A DNA stretch of 64,000 bases from an uncultured Clostridia bacterium (GTDB taxonomy: Bacteria > Bacillota > Clostridia > Christensenellales > UBA1242). Shown one piece after another: positions 29,841 to 40,588 of this stretch. The translations under genes were made by a program, and so were the position numbers. The notes under the pieces were generated by a model. That model was not told the origin of the DNA. It made no database searches and saw only the letters and a program-made list of their open reading frames with translations. Where the stretch lies: contig CALWRN010000068.1 in assembly GCA_944383975.1 (NCBI GenBank), positions 5,414-69,413 of the forward strand, read 5' to 3'. Every line of letters begins with the position of its first letter. Position 1 is the first letter of the stretch.

Positions 29841-31478
29841 ATGTATTTTAGTAAAGCACTTTTTAAACAATCTGTAAAAGCAAACTGGATTAAATGGGTT
29901 GCAGTTACTGTATCAACTTGTGTTATGCTTGCTATAGTCATTATAGTTCTTGGGAATTTAGGAATTAATGACATAAGAGATTCTTTAAAGAATGTTTTTG
30001 TTCAGGCAGATCAAGAATCTTATTTAAAGGAAAACGCTGTAGACAGTTATGATTTGTATTTAATGACCTTGTCAAATTATAATGATACTCAATCTTCAGC
30101 AATGTTTGTAGGTATTGCCACAGGAAGCTATGATAATAAAGTTGAAGAATTTAAAACTGCCAATGAAGGCAGAGAACCTAGCGATGAGGAAAAACAAGCG
30201 CTTATAGAACAAACAGCATTAGAACTTAAAATGTATGTTCAACAACCAGGTATTTCAGGAAGTTTGCCAGAGGGAATAACACCTGATATTATTTACACTT
30301 TAGTTAAAGATTTGTTAAATGTTTATATTCAAGATACAACTGTTACTGGAACAGATTTGTTTGACAAATATTTCTTAAATCAAATTTATAACCTTTCTTA
30401 CCAAGAAGTTTATAATCAAGAGATAGAAAAAGGAACACTTGAAGAAGAAGCTGTTACTATAGCACAAACAAAAGCAAGTTCTTCAAAAACTATTGCAGAA
30501 GATGCAATTAATAAATACAAAGAAGATAAAACTAGTGCTGGTGTAGGATTTGCATTTAATGTAGAAAACTATAAATCAGTTGCAATGCATTATGTTAATG
30601 AAATGATGTATCAAAATGTTTATCAATTGCAAATTGAAAGTGGTGTAACTGAAGAGGAAGCAAATCAATATGCAGTTTCTGTTAAAGTTATCTCAAACAC
30701 TGCAATAAGCACATATCAATTATGGTTAAATGAAGGAAAAACAGCAGAAGAAGCAAAAGCAGAAGCAACAAAAAGCATTTCAGATCAAATACCTGAAAAA
30801 GTTGCAGATGCTTTAAGTGAACTTGGTAACATGGATATCTATGGACTTATTATTGGTTCAATTTTCTATAAAATAGCAGGTTTGTTGCTTCCAATGGTGT
30901 TTGTAATCATGACTGCAAATGGTTTAATTGCAGGGCAGGTTGACTCTGGCTCTATGGCTTATGTATTATCAACACCAACAAAAAGAAGAACAGTTACTGC
31001 AACACAAATGACTTATTTATTGGTTGCATTATTGGCAATGTTTGCTCTCTTAACAGTGGTCAGTGTAATTGCTGTATGGGTTGTAGGTGGAAATGCTTTT
31101 GCAATTAATTTTGGAGAAATATTGTTATTAAACTTAGGAGCATTTTTAACAACATTTGCAATAGCAGGGTATTGCTTTATGTGTTCAGCAATTTTTAACA
31201 GAACTAAATATTCTATGTCTATAGGCGGTGGACTTACAATATTCTCACTTGTTTGCACAATTTTGGGATTGTTTGGATCAGAAGTTGTTCCATCTGCAAT
31301 GAGAATATCTCAAATGAATTTCTTTAATTATTTGTCAGTGATTACATTGTTTGATACAACATCAATTTTAAATGGTTCTTTGTCATACTTATGGAAATTT
31401 GGAATTCTTCTTGCTATAGGTATAGTTACATTTATAATAGGTGTATTTAGGTTTGATAAAAAAGATTTACCATTATAA
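29841..31478 (+). CDS. ABC-2-type permease with a large extracytoplasmic domain
   Basis: One N-terminal TM, a soluble insert of about 300 aa, then 5 C-terminal TM helices. The ATG at 29841 follows AGGAGGG. Confidence 0.75.
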   Translation: MYFSKALFKQSVKANWIKWVAVTVSTCVMLAIVIIVLGNLGINDIRDSLKNVFVQADQESYLKENAVDSYDLYLMTLSNYNDTQSSAMFVGIATGSYDNKVEEFKTANEGREPSDEEKQALIEQTALELKMYVQQPGISGSLPEGITPDIIYTLVKDLLNVYIQDTTVTGTDLFDKYFLNQIYNLSYQEVYNQEIEKGTLEEEAVTIAQTKASSSKTIAEDAINKYKEDKTSAGVGFAFNVENYKSVAMHYVNEMMYQNVYQLQIESGVTEEEANQYAVSVKVISNTAISTYQLWLNEGKTAEEAKAEATKSISDQIPEKVADALSELGNMDIYGLIIGSIFYKIAGLLLPMVFVIMTANGLIAGQVDSGSMAYVLSTPTKRRTVTATQMTYLLVALLAMFALLTVVSVIAVWVVGGNAFAINFGEILLLNLGAFLTTFAIAGYCFMCSAIFNRTKYSMSIGGGLTIFSLVCTILGLFGSEVVPSAMRISQMNFFNYLSVITLFDTTSILNGSLSYLWKFGILLAIGIVTFIIGVFRFDKKDLPL

Positions 31479-31493
31479 TAGATAAAATAAACA

Positions 31494-31525
31494 AAAAAAG
31501 AGGCTTTAAAAGTCTCTTTTTATTT
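31494..31525. terminator. Bidirectional terminator (ABC operon / glmM)
   Basis: aaagaggct pairs with agtctcttt (one G-U pair), flanked by A and T runs. Confidence 0.65.
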
Positions 31526-32830
31526 ATTTTGTGATGAATTTAAGTTTAATACAAGGTTTTTTAATAATTCTGCATATGTTTTTGCAGTATTAAAATTTAT
31601 ATGTTCACACATAATTCTGACTTTGGGTTCAGTGCCACTTGCTCTTACAAGAACTCTTCCATTTTCTCCAAATATTTGTTGTATTTTTAATATTTCTTTT
31701 GAAAGTTTGTCAGAATTTAAAATCCTAAATTTATCAACTACAGGAACATTGATGTTAGCTTGAGGGAACTTTACAAATTTTACAAGTTTTGAAACTTTTT
31801 CTTTTTGATTTTTTACAATATTTGATATAGCAATAGCAGTTAAAACCCCATCACCAGTTGTTGCTAGGTTGTGGATTATAATATGCCCAGAAGGCTCTCC
31901 ACCTAGAAGTATATTATTATTTTTCATTTTTTCAACAACATACTTGTCTCCAACATCTGCTCTTATCAATTTTATTCCTTGCAAATTAAGTGCTTTTTCT
32001 AATCCCTTATTTGTCATAACCGTTCCAACAATCTCTTTAGGGTGCAAAGTAGAGTAATTTGAAAGTAAATATAAAATATCATCTCCATCAATTAAATTAC
32101 CTTTTTCGTCACAACATATTATTCTGTCAGCATCACCATCAAAAGCAAAACCTATGTCAGCATTGTTTTTCAAAACAGTTTGAACAAGTTTGTCAGGATA
32201 TAGAGCTCCACAGTTGTTGTTAATATTAATTCCATCGTTTTTATTGTTAATTGAAATGACATTAGCACCTAATTTTTCAAAAAGCTCTTTTGCAATTTTA
32301 TATGAAGCACCATTAGCACAATCTAAAACGACTTTTAAACCACCTAATGATTGAAAGTGTTTTAATATTTCCTTTTTATATTCTTTGATAAGTTTAGGCT
32401 TAAAATAGAATCTACCTAAATTTTCGTATCCATACAAAGAAGTTTGAATAAATTTACGCTCAATTTGATTTTCTGTTTCTTCAGATATTTTGTAACCATA
32501 TTTATCAAAAATTTTTATTCCGTTAAAATTGCTTGGATTGTGACTTGCACTGATAACAACACCAAAATCAAAAGCAAATCTTTTTGTTAAAAATGCTATG
32601 ATAGGGGTGGTTGTGATTCCAGCATCAACAACAGAAACACCAGTACTCATTAAACCGCTTGCAAAAGATAAAGACAAAACATCACCAGAAGTCCTAGTAT
32701 CTCTTCCAATTAAAACCTTTTTTTTGTCACATAATCTTGCCACGCTGTTGCCACGACTATATGCAATAGACGGAGAAATTTCTTCTCCATAAACACCTCT
32801 TATTCCATCAGTTCCAAAATATACTCCCAT
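31520..32830 (-). CDS. glmM: Phosphoglucosamine mutase
   Basis: YFGTDGIRG, active-site SASHNPSNFNGIK, FDGDADR, GEPSGH. Confidence 0.95.
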   Translation of the reverse strand: MGVYFGTDGIRGVYGEEISPSIAYSRGNSVARLCDKKKVLIGRDTRTSGDVLSLSFASGLMSTGVSVVDAGITTTPIIAFLTKRFAFDFGVVISASHNPSNFNGIKIFDKYGYKISEETENQIERKFIQTSLYGYENLGRFYFKPKLIKEYKKEILKHFQSLGGLKVVLDCANGASYKIAKELFEKLGANVISINNKNDGININNNCGALYPDKLVQTVLKNNADIGFAFDGDADRIICCDEKGNLIDGDDILYLLSNYSTLHPKEIVGTVMTNKGLEKALNLQGIKLIRADVGDKYVVEKMKNNNILLGGEPSGHIIIHNLATTGDGVLTAIAISNIVKNQKEKVSKLVKFVKFPQANINVPVVDKFRILNSDKLSKEILKIQQIFGENGRVLVRASGTEPKVRIMCEHINFNTAKTYAELLKNLVLNLNSSQNK

Positions 32831-32858
32831 AAATACTCCTTTTTAAGTCAATATTAAG

Positions 32859-33058
32859 AAAATATAATAAAATATTAAAAAATTAATAAAAATAATTAAT
32901 TAATAAAAAAAATAAATTAAATATTAAAATAAAAACAAAAAAATATAAAAAATAATTAAAAATAATAAAAAATATTAAAAAATAAAATATAAAATAAAAT
33001 CAATTATTTTTTTAATAATAAAATAAAAATTAATAATATAAAATAATTTAATTATTTT
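32859..33058. other. About 200 bp tract that is ~99% A/T (2 C, 0 G), between glmU-C and glmM
   Basis: By direct reading only c32936 and c33001 interrupt A/T. The tract is built from short words such as aaataa, aaatta, ataaaa. It is A-rich on the plus strand, so T/U-rich on the coding strand of the flanking genes. Confidence 0.9.
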
Positions 33059-33064
33059 GTCATT

Positions 33065-33676
33065 TTACCAATATTTTTTTGCTCTTTTTTGTTTATTTTC
33101 TTGTTTTACTCTTCCTATAACAAAATCTTCTTTTTCTACATTTTCAGTTATTGTTGTTCCAGCACAAATATAGCTATCATCTTCTATTTTTAGTGGTGCA
33201 ATAATATTGCTGTTAGAACCTATAAAGACGTGATTTCCTACATAAGTTTTGTTTTTCACTTTTCCATTGTAGTTTGCAAATATTACTCCACAACCGATAT
33301 TGCAATTTTTTCCAATATCAGCATCACCAATATAAGAGAGATGACTTGCTTTTGTATCATCACCGATATTGGAATTTTTTATTTCTACAAAATTTCCTAT
33401 TTTGCAATTATTCCCAATTTTACTATTTGGTCTTATGTGCGAGAATGGACCAACATTGCAATTGTTTCCAACTATGCTTTTTTCTATTACAGAGTTATGA
33501 ATTTTGCAATTATTACCAATAGTGCAATCTAACAAGAAGTTGTTAGGCAATATAATGCTATCATCACCAATATATGTATCTCCATCAATATGGTTGTTTT
33601 CATATATGGTAACATTTTTCCCAATTTTTACATTTTTCCCAATAAAGCAAGTTCTTTTATTTAAGAATTTTGTCAT
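33065..33676 (-). CDS. glmU: Glucosamine-1-phosphate N-acetyltransferase: stand-alone GlmU C-terminal left-handed beta-helix domain
   Basis: GNFVEIKNSNIGDDTKASHLSYIGDADIGKNCNIGCGVIFANYNGKVKNKTYVGNHVFIGSNSNIIAPLKIEDDSYICAGTTITENV aligns by eye with the C-terminal half of Bacillus GlmU. The 203 aa ORF starts right after RBS AAGGAGA. No uridyltransferase domain is present. Confidence 0.8.
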   Translation of the reverse strand: MTKFLNKRTCFIGKNVKIGKNVTIYENNHIDGDTYIGDDSIILPNNFLLDCTIGNNCKIHNSVIEKSIVGNNCNVGPFSHIRPNSKIGNNCKIGNFVEIKNSNIGDDTKASHLSYIGDADIGKNCNIGCGVIFANYNGKVKNKTYVGNHVFIGSNSNIIAPLKIEDDSYICAGTTITENVEKEDFVIGRVKQENKQKRAKKYW

Positions 33677-33817
33677 ATTCTCTCCTTATGTATAATTGAT
33701 TTTTATCAATCCTGTTAATAATAATCAAACATTTTACAAAAATATATATGTTTAAAATGGTTGCTTGTTTCCTTAAATGATTTTTTTGCATAAGTAAGTA
33801 TATCAAAAGGAGTGCTT

Positions 33818-35578
33818 ATGTGTGGAATCATTGGTTTTATAGGTAAGAATGTTAAAGAAAATCTTGTTCAAGGACTTGAGAAACTGGAATATAGGGGATA
33901 TGATTCATCGGGAATGGTCATTTTGCATAACCACAATTTTTTCGTTGAAAAAGCAATTGGCTCAGTTGAAAAATTAAAAGAGAAAGTTAAAGATATAGAA
34001 TTTGATGGGATTGGAATTGCTCACACAAGATGGGCAACTCATGGAAAAATCACCATTGAAAATTGCCATCCACATTTTTCTTCAGATAATAATATAGCTA
34101 TTGTTCATAATGGAATTATAGAAAACTTTGAAGAATTAAAATTAAAATTAGAAAAGAGTGGCAAATACTTCTATGGGCAAACTGACAGTGAGGTTATCGC
34201 AAAACTTTTATCAAAAAGGTTAACTATTAATAAAATAAAAAGACTTATAGGCAAAATAGAAGGTTCTTATGCAATAGCTTTAATTTCAAAAAATAATAAT
34301 GAAATTTATTTTGCTAAAAATAAGAGCCCTTTATATGTTGCACAAGGGATTGATTGTTCATTAATTGCTAGTGACCCGTGTTGCTTTGTTTCTAAATGTG
34401 ATAAGTTTTATACAATAGAAGATGGAGAGTATGGAAAAATTTCGTTAAATGGCTTGGAAGTTTACAATAGAAATGGAGAAATGATTGAAAAACAGGCACA
34501 ACAGTTAAATTTCTTTTTTAAAGATACAAACAAAGAGAAGTATTCTCACTATATGATTAAGGAAATAAATGAAAGCAAGAATGTTCTTGTGAATTTAATT
34601 AAAAGATATCAAGAAAAAGACATTATTAAAAAACTTAAAGGAATAAATATTAAGAAATTCAACCGAATTTATTTAATAGGTTGTGGAACTGCTTACCATG
34701 CAGGTTTAGTTGGTGAGAAATATTTAAAAGAAAGATTTAAAATAGATGTCTTTACGAGAAAAGCAAGTGAATTTTTCTATCAAAATGATGTTCTAGATGA
34801 AAAATCTCTTTGTATTTTTATTTCTCAAAGTGGAGAAACTGCTGACACTATTTCTGCAATGGAAGAGACAAAAAAATATAAAACATTAAATGTGGCAATA
34901 GTTAATACTGAATATAGCACATTGGCAAGCAAATGTGATTTAGTTTTTCCTATTTGTGCAGGGCAAGAAAAGGCTGTTGCTTCAACAAAAGCATATTTTG
35001 GACAATGCTTGGTATTATATATAATGGCATCTTTTTTAAATGGTGAAAATTTTATAGAACATTTGATGTCGTTTAAAAAGGATTTTGATTTTGGAAATGA
35101 TAATAAGATTATGCAACTGGCAGATTTGCTAATCAATAAGAATTACATCTTTTTCATAGGAAGAGGCTTTGATTATATCACAGCTCTTGAAGCATCTTTA
35201 AAACTTAAAGAAATAACTTATATATTTTCGTATTCTGAATGTAGTGGAGAACTAAAACATGGAACTTTAGCACTAATTAATCAGGGGATCCCAGTTATTG
35301 TGATTGCAAATGATGAAAAATGTTTTAATAAGACTTTAAATAATGCCTATGAAGTAAAGTCTAGGGGTGGAGAACTCGTTTTAATTTCTTCAATTGATAT
35401 TGATAATGAAATTGAAAATAATTTTGAATATTATATAAAAATAAAAGATTGTGAAAGTGATTTAAAACCATTACAAACAATTGTTGTTTTGCAAAAGCTT
35501 GCATATTATACTGCCATCAAAAAAGGATTAAATCCTGATAAGCCAAGAAATTTGGCAAAAAGTGTAACAGTAGAGTAA
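33818..35578 (+). CDS. glmS: Glutamine--fructose-6-phosphate aminotransferase
   Basis: N-terminal MCGIIGFIG (Cys2 nucleophile), two SIS domains (SQSGETADT), and C-terminal KPRNLAKSVTVE. The ATG at 33818 is preferred over the track's GTG at 33812. Confidence 0.96.
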   Translation: MCGIIGFIGKNVKENLVQGLEKLEYRGYDSSGMVILHNHNFFVEKAIGSVEKLKEKVKDIEFDGIGIAHTRWATHGKITIENCHPHFSSDNNIAIVHNGIIENFEELKLKLEKSGKYFYGQTDSEVIAKLLSKRLTINKIKRLIGKIEGSYAIALISKNNNEIYFAKNKSPLYVAQGIDCSLIASDPCCFVSKCDKFYTIEDGEYGKISLNGLEVYNRNGEMIEKQAQQLNFFFKDTNKEKYSHYMIKEINESKNVLVNLIKRYQEKDIIKKLKGINIKKFNRIYLIGCGTAYHAGLVGEKYLKERFKIDVFTRKASEFFYQNDVLDEKSLCIFISQSGETADTISAMEETKKYKTLNVAIVNTEYSTLASKCDLVFPICAGQEKAVASTKAYFGQCLVLYIMASFLNGENFIEHLMSFKKDFDFGNDNKIMQLADLLINKNYIFFIGRGFDYITALEASLKLKEITYIFSYSECSGELKHGTLALINQGIPVIVIANDEKCFNKTLNNAYEVKSRGGELVLISSIDIDNEIENNFEYYIKIKDCESDLKPLQTIVVLQKLAYYTAIKKGLNPDKPRNLAKSVTVE

Positions 35579-35688
35579 TTTATTAAGAGATCATAATTTC
35601 CATTCAGTAAAGATAAAATAATAACACAATTTAATTTTTTCATATAATGTAATGTATATAAATCTATTCTATATAAAAGGTTGATACA

Positions 35689-36951
<1,263 letters not shown>

Positions 36952-37029
36952 AAAATTAAAAAAATATAAAGTTTAATATAAAAATAACATAATATTTTGA
37001 AAAATTTGAATTATATGTTAAAATAAAAA

Positions 37030-37057
37030 TGATAGATGTTAAAACTATCATTTTTTT
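37030..37057 (+). terminator. Rho-independent terminator after the collagen-like gene
   Basis: tgatag (37030-37035) pairs with ctatca (37045-37050), followed by T7. It abuts the tRNA 5' end. Confidence 0.6.
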
Positions 37058-37131
37058 GCAGGTATAATTTAGTGGTAAAATGTGCGCTTCCCAAGCGTAA
37101 TTCGCGGGTCCGATTCCCGTTACCTGCTCCA
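37058..37131 (+). tRNA. tRNA-Gly (anticodon CCC), CCA encoded
   Basis: Hand-folded cloverleaf. Acceptor gcaggta/tacctgc, D stem attt/aaat, anticodon stem tgcgc/gcgta with loop tt-CCC-aa, T stem gcggg/cccgt, 3' tCCA. The T loop reads TCCGATT rather than TTCGA(A/T)T. Confidence 0.8.
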
Positions 37132-37151
37132 TAAATTAAAAAGGAGATACT

Positions 37152-37625
37152 ATGTTAAATTTACGAACTACTTTACTTTATATAGTAAAAGATAATAAAG
37201 TTTTATTAGCAGAGAAAAAGCGTGGTTTTGGTGTCGGAAAAATAAATGGTGTTGGTGGAAAAATTGAACCTGGTGAAAGTATTGAACAGGGCATGATTAG
37301 GGAAACGTTTGAGGAGATAAATGTAAAACCTATAAATTATGAGCAAAGAGCGGTGATTCATTTCAGTCTTTTCTATAAAGGAGAATGGGCAAAAGAAGAT
37401 ACTTATGTTTTTGTTGCTTCTGATTATCAAGGAATCATTCAAGAATCAGAAGAAATGAAACCTCAATGGTTTAATATTGATGAAATACCTTTTGATAAAA
37501 TGTTTTCAGGAGATAAACTTTGGGTTGGAGAACTTTTAAAAGGCAAACATTTTGAAGCATTTGTAGATTTTGATAAAGATTTTAATACTAAATCTTTTGA
37601 TATAAAGTTTGATGATGAAAAATAA
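37152..37625 (+). CDS. NUDIX hydrolase (MutT-like)
   Basis: Nudix box GGKIEPGESIEQGMIRETFEEINV. Confidence 0.85.
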   Translation: MLNLRTTLLYIVKDNKVLLAEKKRGFGVGKINGVGGKIEPGESIEQGMIRETFEEINVKPINYEQRAVIHFSLFYKGEWAKEDTYVFVASDYQGIIQESEEMKPQWFNIDEIPFDKMFSGDKLWVGELLKGKHFEAFVDFDKDFNTKSFDIKFDDEK

Positions 37626-37686
37626 TCAAAAAAGTATTAAGATTGTTTATAAAAAGGATTTTAAATTATGATAAAAGGAGAGATTA

Positions 37687-38157
37687 ATGAAAAGATGTGT
37701 TGTTTATTTCAGTGCGACTGGGACTACAAAAATTCTTGCAGAGAAATTGTCAAAAGTGATAAACGCTGATTTATTTGAGATTATACCCAAACAACCATAT
37801 ACAGAAGATGATTTGAATTGGATGAATAAGAATAGTAGGTCAAGTTTAGAGATGAAAGATAAAAATTCTCGTCCACAGATGTTGAATTTTATAGATGTGA
37901 AAGATTATCAAAAAATTTATTTAGGTTTTCCTATTTGGTGGTACACAGCGCCAACAATAATAAAAACATTTTTGGAATCACAGGATTTTTCTAATAAAAC
38001 GATTTATTTATTTGCTACTTCAGGTGGAAGTGGACTTGGTAATACTGATAAAGACCTTATGCCTTGTGTAAGTAAAACAACAAAAATTATTCCATTAAAG
38101 GTTTTTAAGGCTAGTGATAGTGAAAAATCTATAAATGATGTTTTATCAGTAAACTAA
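37687..38157 (+). CDS. Flavodoxin-like protein
   Basis: VVYFSATGTTKILAEKL (FMN phosphate loop), PIWWYTAPT, LFATSGGSG. Confidence 0.75.
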   Translation: MKRCVVYFSATGTTKILAEKLSKVINADLFEIIPKQPYTEDDLNWMNKNSRSSLEMKDKNSRPQMLNFIDVKDYQKIYLGFPIWWYTAPTIIKTFLESQDFSNKTIYLFATSGGSGLGNTDKDLMPCVSKTTKIIPLKVFKASDSEKSINDVLSVN

Positions 38158-38317
38158 AAATATGAAAATTTAAAATAGATTAAAATTGTTTATATAGTGT
38201 TAAAAAATTATATGAATAGTTTTTTATTCAAATTTTAGTTGAAATAGTAATATTATTTTATAAAAGGTATTAAAAACTCAATCAAAGTATGGTATAATTA
38301 TCTCAATAGGAGAATAA

Positions 38318-38893
38318 ATGAGTAAAACTATTGAAATGCTTAAAAATTATATTCCTTATAATGAACAAGAAGAAAGGGATAAACAATTTTTTATAGAGTG
38401 TGAGAAAAAAGAACAGATTTTAACAAGAGAAAATGATTTATGTCATCTATGTAGTTCTGCACTAATAGTTAACAAAACAAGAGATAAAGTGTTATGCATT
38501 TATCACAATATATATGATTCATGGACTTGGGTTGGTGGACATGCTGATGGTGATGATGATATGATTTTTGTTGCAAAAAAAGAAATTAAAGAAGAAACAT
38601 CATTACAAAATTTCAAATTAATTTATGATCAACCAATTTCAATAGATAGTCTATCTGTTGTAGGACATTTTAAGAGGGGAAAATATGTTCCGGCACATAT
38701 TCATTTGAGTTTTGCATATTTATTTGAGGCAGATGAAAATGATAAAATACATATAAAAGATGATGAAAATAGCAATATTGCATGGTTCACTTTTGACGAA
38801 TTTATTTCTAAATCAACTGAACCACATATGATACCTGTATATAAAAAGATGTTTGAAAAAATTAAAAAATTAGAAGAAAATAGGATAATTTAA
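38318..38893 (+). CDS. NUDIX hydrolase
   Basis: Nudix box GGHADGDDDMIFVAKKEIKEETSL. Confidence 0.8.
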   Translation: MSKTIEMLKNYIPYNEQEERDKQFFIECEKKEQILTRENDLCHLCSSALIVNKTRDKVLCIYHNIYDSWTWVGGHADGDDDMIFVAKKEIKEETSLQNFKLIYDQPISIDSLSVVGHFKRGKYVPAHIHLSFAYLFEADENDKIHIKDDENSNIAWFTFDEFISKSTEPHMIPVYKKMFEKIKKLEENRII

Positions 38894-38927
38894 TATAAAA
38901 TTATAAATTACAAAGGATTAAAATAAA

Positions 38928-39824
38928 ATGGAAGAAATGTTTATTAAAGCTAAAGATGGATATAAATTAAACTTAAATATCTTTGAGGTAAAAGATAGTA
39001 AGGGTGTTGTTCAAATTGCACACGGCATGGAAGAACATAAAGAAAGATATAATGATTTGGCAAGATATTTAAATGAAAAAGGCTTTACAGTTGTTACTGC
39101 AGATATGCGAGGACATGGCAAATATGCAAAAGATAAGGGATTTTTTGCAAGAAAAAAAGGATATGAACTTTTAGTATCTGATCAAAACGCAATTAGTGAT
39201 TATATTTTGAAAAGATATGAAGGAAAGCCATTATATCTTTTTGCACATTCCATGGGAACAATAACATCACGTGTAGCTTTGCAAGAACAATCTGAAAAAT
39301 ATGACAAGGTTATTTTTAGTGGATATCCAGCTTATAATCCAGCAGCAGGATTGGGAATTTTGTTTACAGGTGTATTAAAATTTGTTTGTGGAGATAAGTA
39401 TAAGTCAAAATTAATACATAAACTTGGTAATAAAGCTTTTAATAAGAAGATTAAAAATCCTAAGACAGAAATTGACTGGACATGCGCTAACGAAAAAACA
39501 ATAAAAGAACATCTTAACGATCCTTTGTGTAAAAACGAATTTACATTATCAGCTTATAGTGATTTATTACATTTAATAAAATCAATGAAAAAATATAAAA
39601 AATATAAAAATATAAAACATGATTTACCTATATTGCTACTTGCTGGTTCTGAAGATCCATGTACTGGAGGAGAAAGGGGAAGAAAACAAAGCTTAAAAAT
39701 ATTAAACAAAGCTGGTTTTGAAAATGTGAAAGCAAAGACATATGAAGGAATGCGACATGAAATTATAAATGAAGCCAATAATGAAATGGTATATGATGAT
39801 ATTGTAGATTTCTTGGAACAATAA
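38928..39824 (+). CDS. Alpha/beta hydrolase (lysophospholipase / monoacylglycerol-lipase-like)
   Basis: HGMEEH, nucleophile elbow FAHSMGT, and GSEDPC...RHEI as the catalytic Asp/His region. Confidence 0.8.
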   Translation: MEEMFIKAKDGYKLNLNIFEVKDSKGVVQIAHGMEEHKERYNDLARYLNEKGFTVVTADMRGHGKYAKDKGFFARKKGYELLVSDQNAISDYILKRYEGKPLYLFAHSMGTITSRVALQEQSEKYDKVIFSGYPAYNPAAGLGILFTGVLKFVCGDKYKSKLIHKLGNKAFNKKIKNPKTEIDWTCANEKTIKEHLNDPLCKNEFTLSAYSDLLHLIKSMKKYKKYKNIKHDLPILLLAGSEDPCTGGERGRKQSLKILNKAGFENVKAKTYEGMRHEIINEANNEMVYDDIVDFLEQ

Positions 39825-39855
39825 AAGACTGTTAAATTAACAGCCTTTTTATTTT
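39824..39855 (+). terminator. Rho-independent terminator
   Basis: ctgtt pairs with aacag with flanking a/t pairs, followed by TTTTT. Confidence 0.6.
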
Positions 39856-39933
39856 GTCAATAATTAGTAATATAGTTGCTTTATTTTTGAAGATTATAAT
39901 TAAACAATGTGATTAGTATAACCTATCAATTGG

Positions 39934-40392
39934 TTATTTAGTATTTAGCAAATCTTGATATTTTGTTAATTTGACACCTGCTTCTTCGCATATTTTTCTT
40001 GAAAAATCGTCAGGGTAGCCTTCTTTATAAATAACTTCTTTAATACCGGCATTGATAATCATTTTTGCACAAACTACACATGGTTGATGAGTGCAATATA
40101 ATGTGCAACCTTTAAGACTTATTCCTTCTTTAGCAGCTTGAATTATTGCATTTTGTTCAGCATGTGCAGCAAAACATAGTTCGGCATGAGTTCCGCTTGG
40201 CACATTAAGTTCATTTCTCATGCAAGAACCTTTTTCAACACATGTTTTTACACCTGATGGTGCACCATTATAGCCTGTTGTCATTATTCTTTTATCTTTT
40301 ACAATTACAGCACCAACATGTCGCCTTAAGCAACTAGACCATGTTGCTATGTGTTCGGTAAGGTCCATAAAACGCTTGTTCCATTTATCCAT
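39934..40392 (-). CDS. comEB: dCMP deaminase (ComEB-type)
   Basis: Zinc motifs HAEQNAI and PCVVCAKMI. 152 aa. Confidence 0.92.
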   Translation of the reverse strand: MDKWNKRFMDLTEHIATWSSCLRRHVGAVIVKDKRIMTTGYNGAPSGVKTCVEKGSCMRNELNVPSGTHAELCFAAHAEQNAIIQAAKEGISLKGCTLYCTHQPCVVCAKMIINAGIKEVIYKEGYPDDFSRKICEEAGVKLTKYQDLLNTK

Positions 40393-40588
40393 AAAAAACC
40401 CCTTCGTTAATCACTTGATAGTCATATTATATAATAAAACGATTAAAAATCAAATAATAAGAGAGCTATAATTTAAAATTAAGTTAAAAATTAGTTAAAT
40501 TACAAATTATTATATAATTTTTATAAATTCGCAAAAAAGGTTTGTATTAAATTGTTATTTGTTTTATAATATAAACAAGGAGGGAATT

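Noticed and set aside
32859-33058. The pure-A/T tracts (also 54691-54869 and 50880-51060) as a CRISPR array, tandem repeat or degenerate mobile element.
   Set aside because: There is no fixed-length repeat/spacer periodicity, no terminal inverted repeats and no associated genes. They are low-complexity word reuse rather than discrete repeats.
33677-33817. An expected glmS ribozyme upstream of glmS.
   Set aside because: Only about 140 nt of very AT-rich sequence is available. I see none of the conserved ribozyme core segments, so no call is made.
35640-35688. A sporulation (sigma-K-like) promoter, CATATAATG, upstream of the collagen-like gene, by analogy with bclA.
   Set aside because: The match to CATA-N3-TA is imperfect and AT-rich sequence gives many such hits. 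There is no other sporulation evidence in the window.
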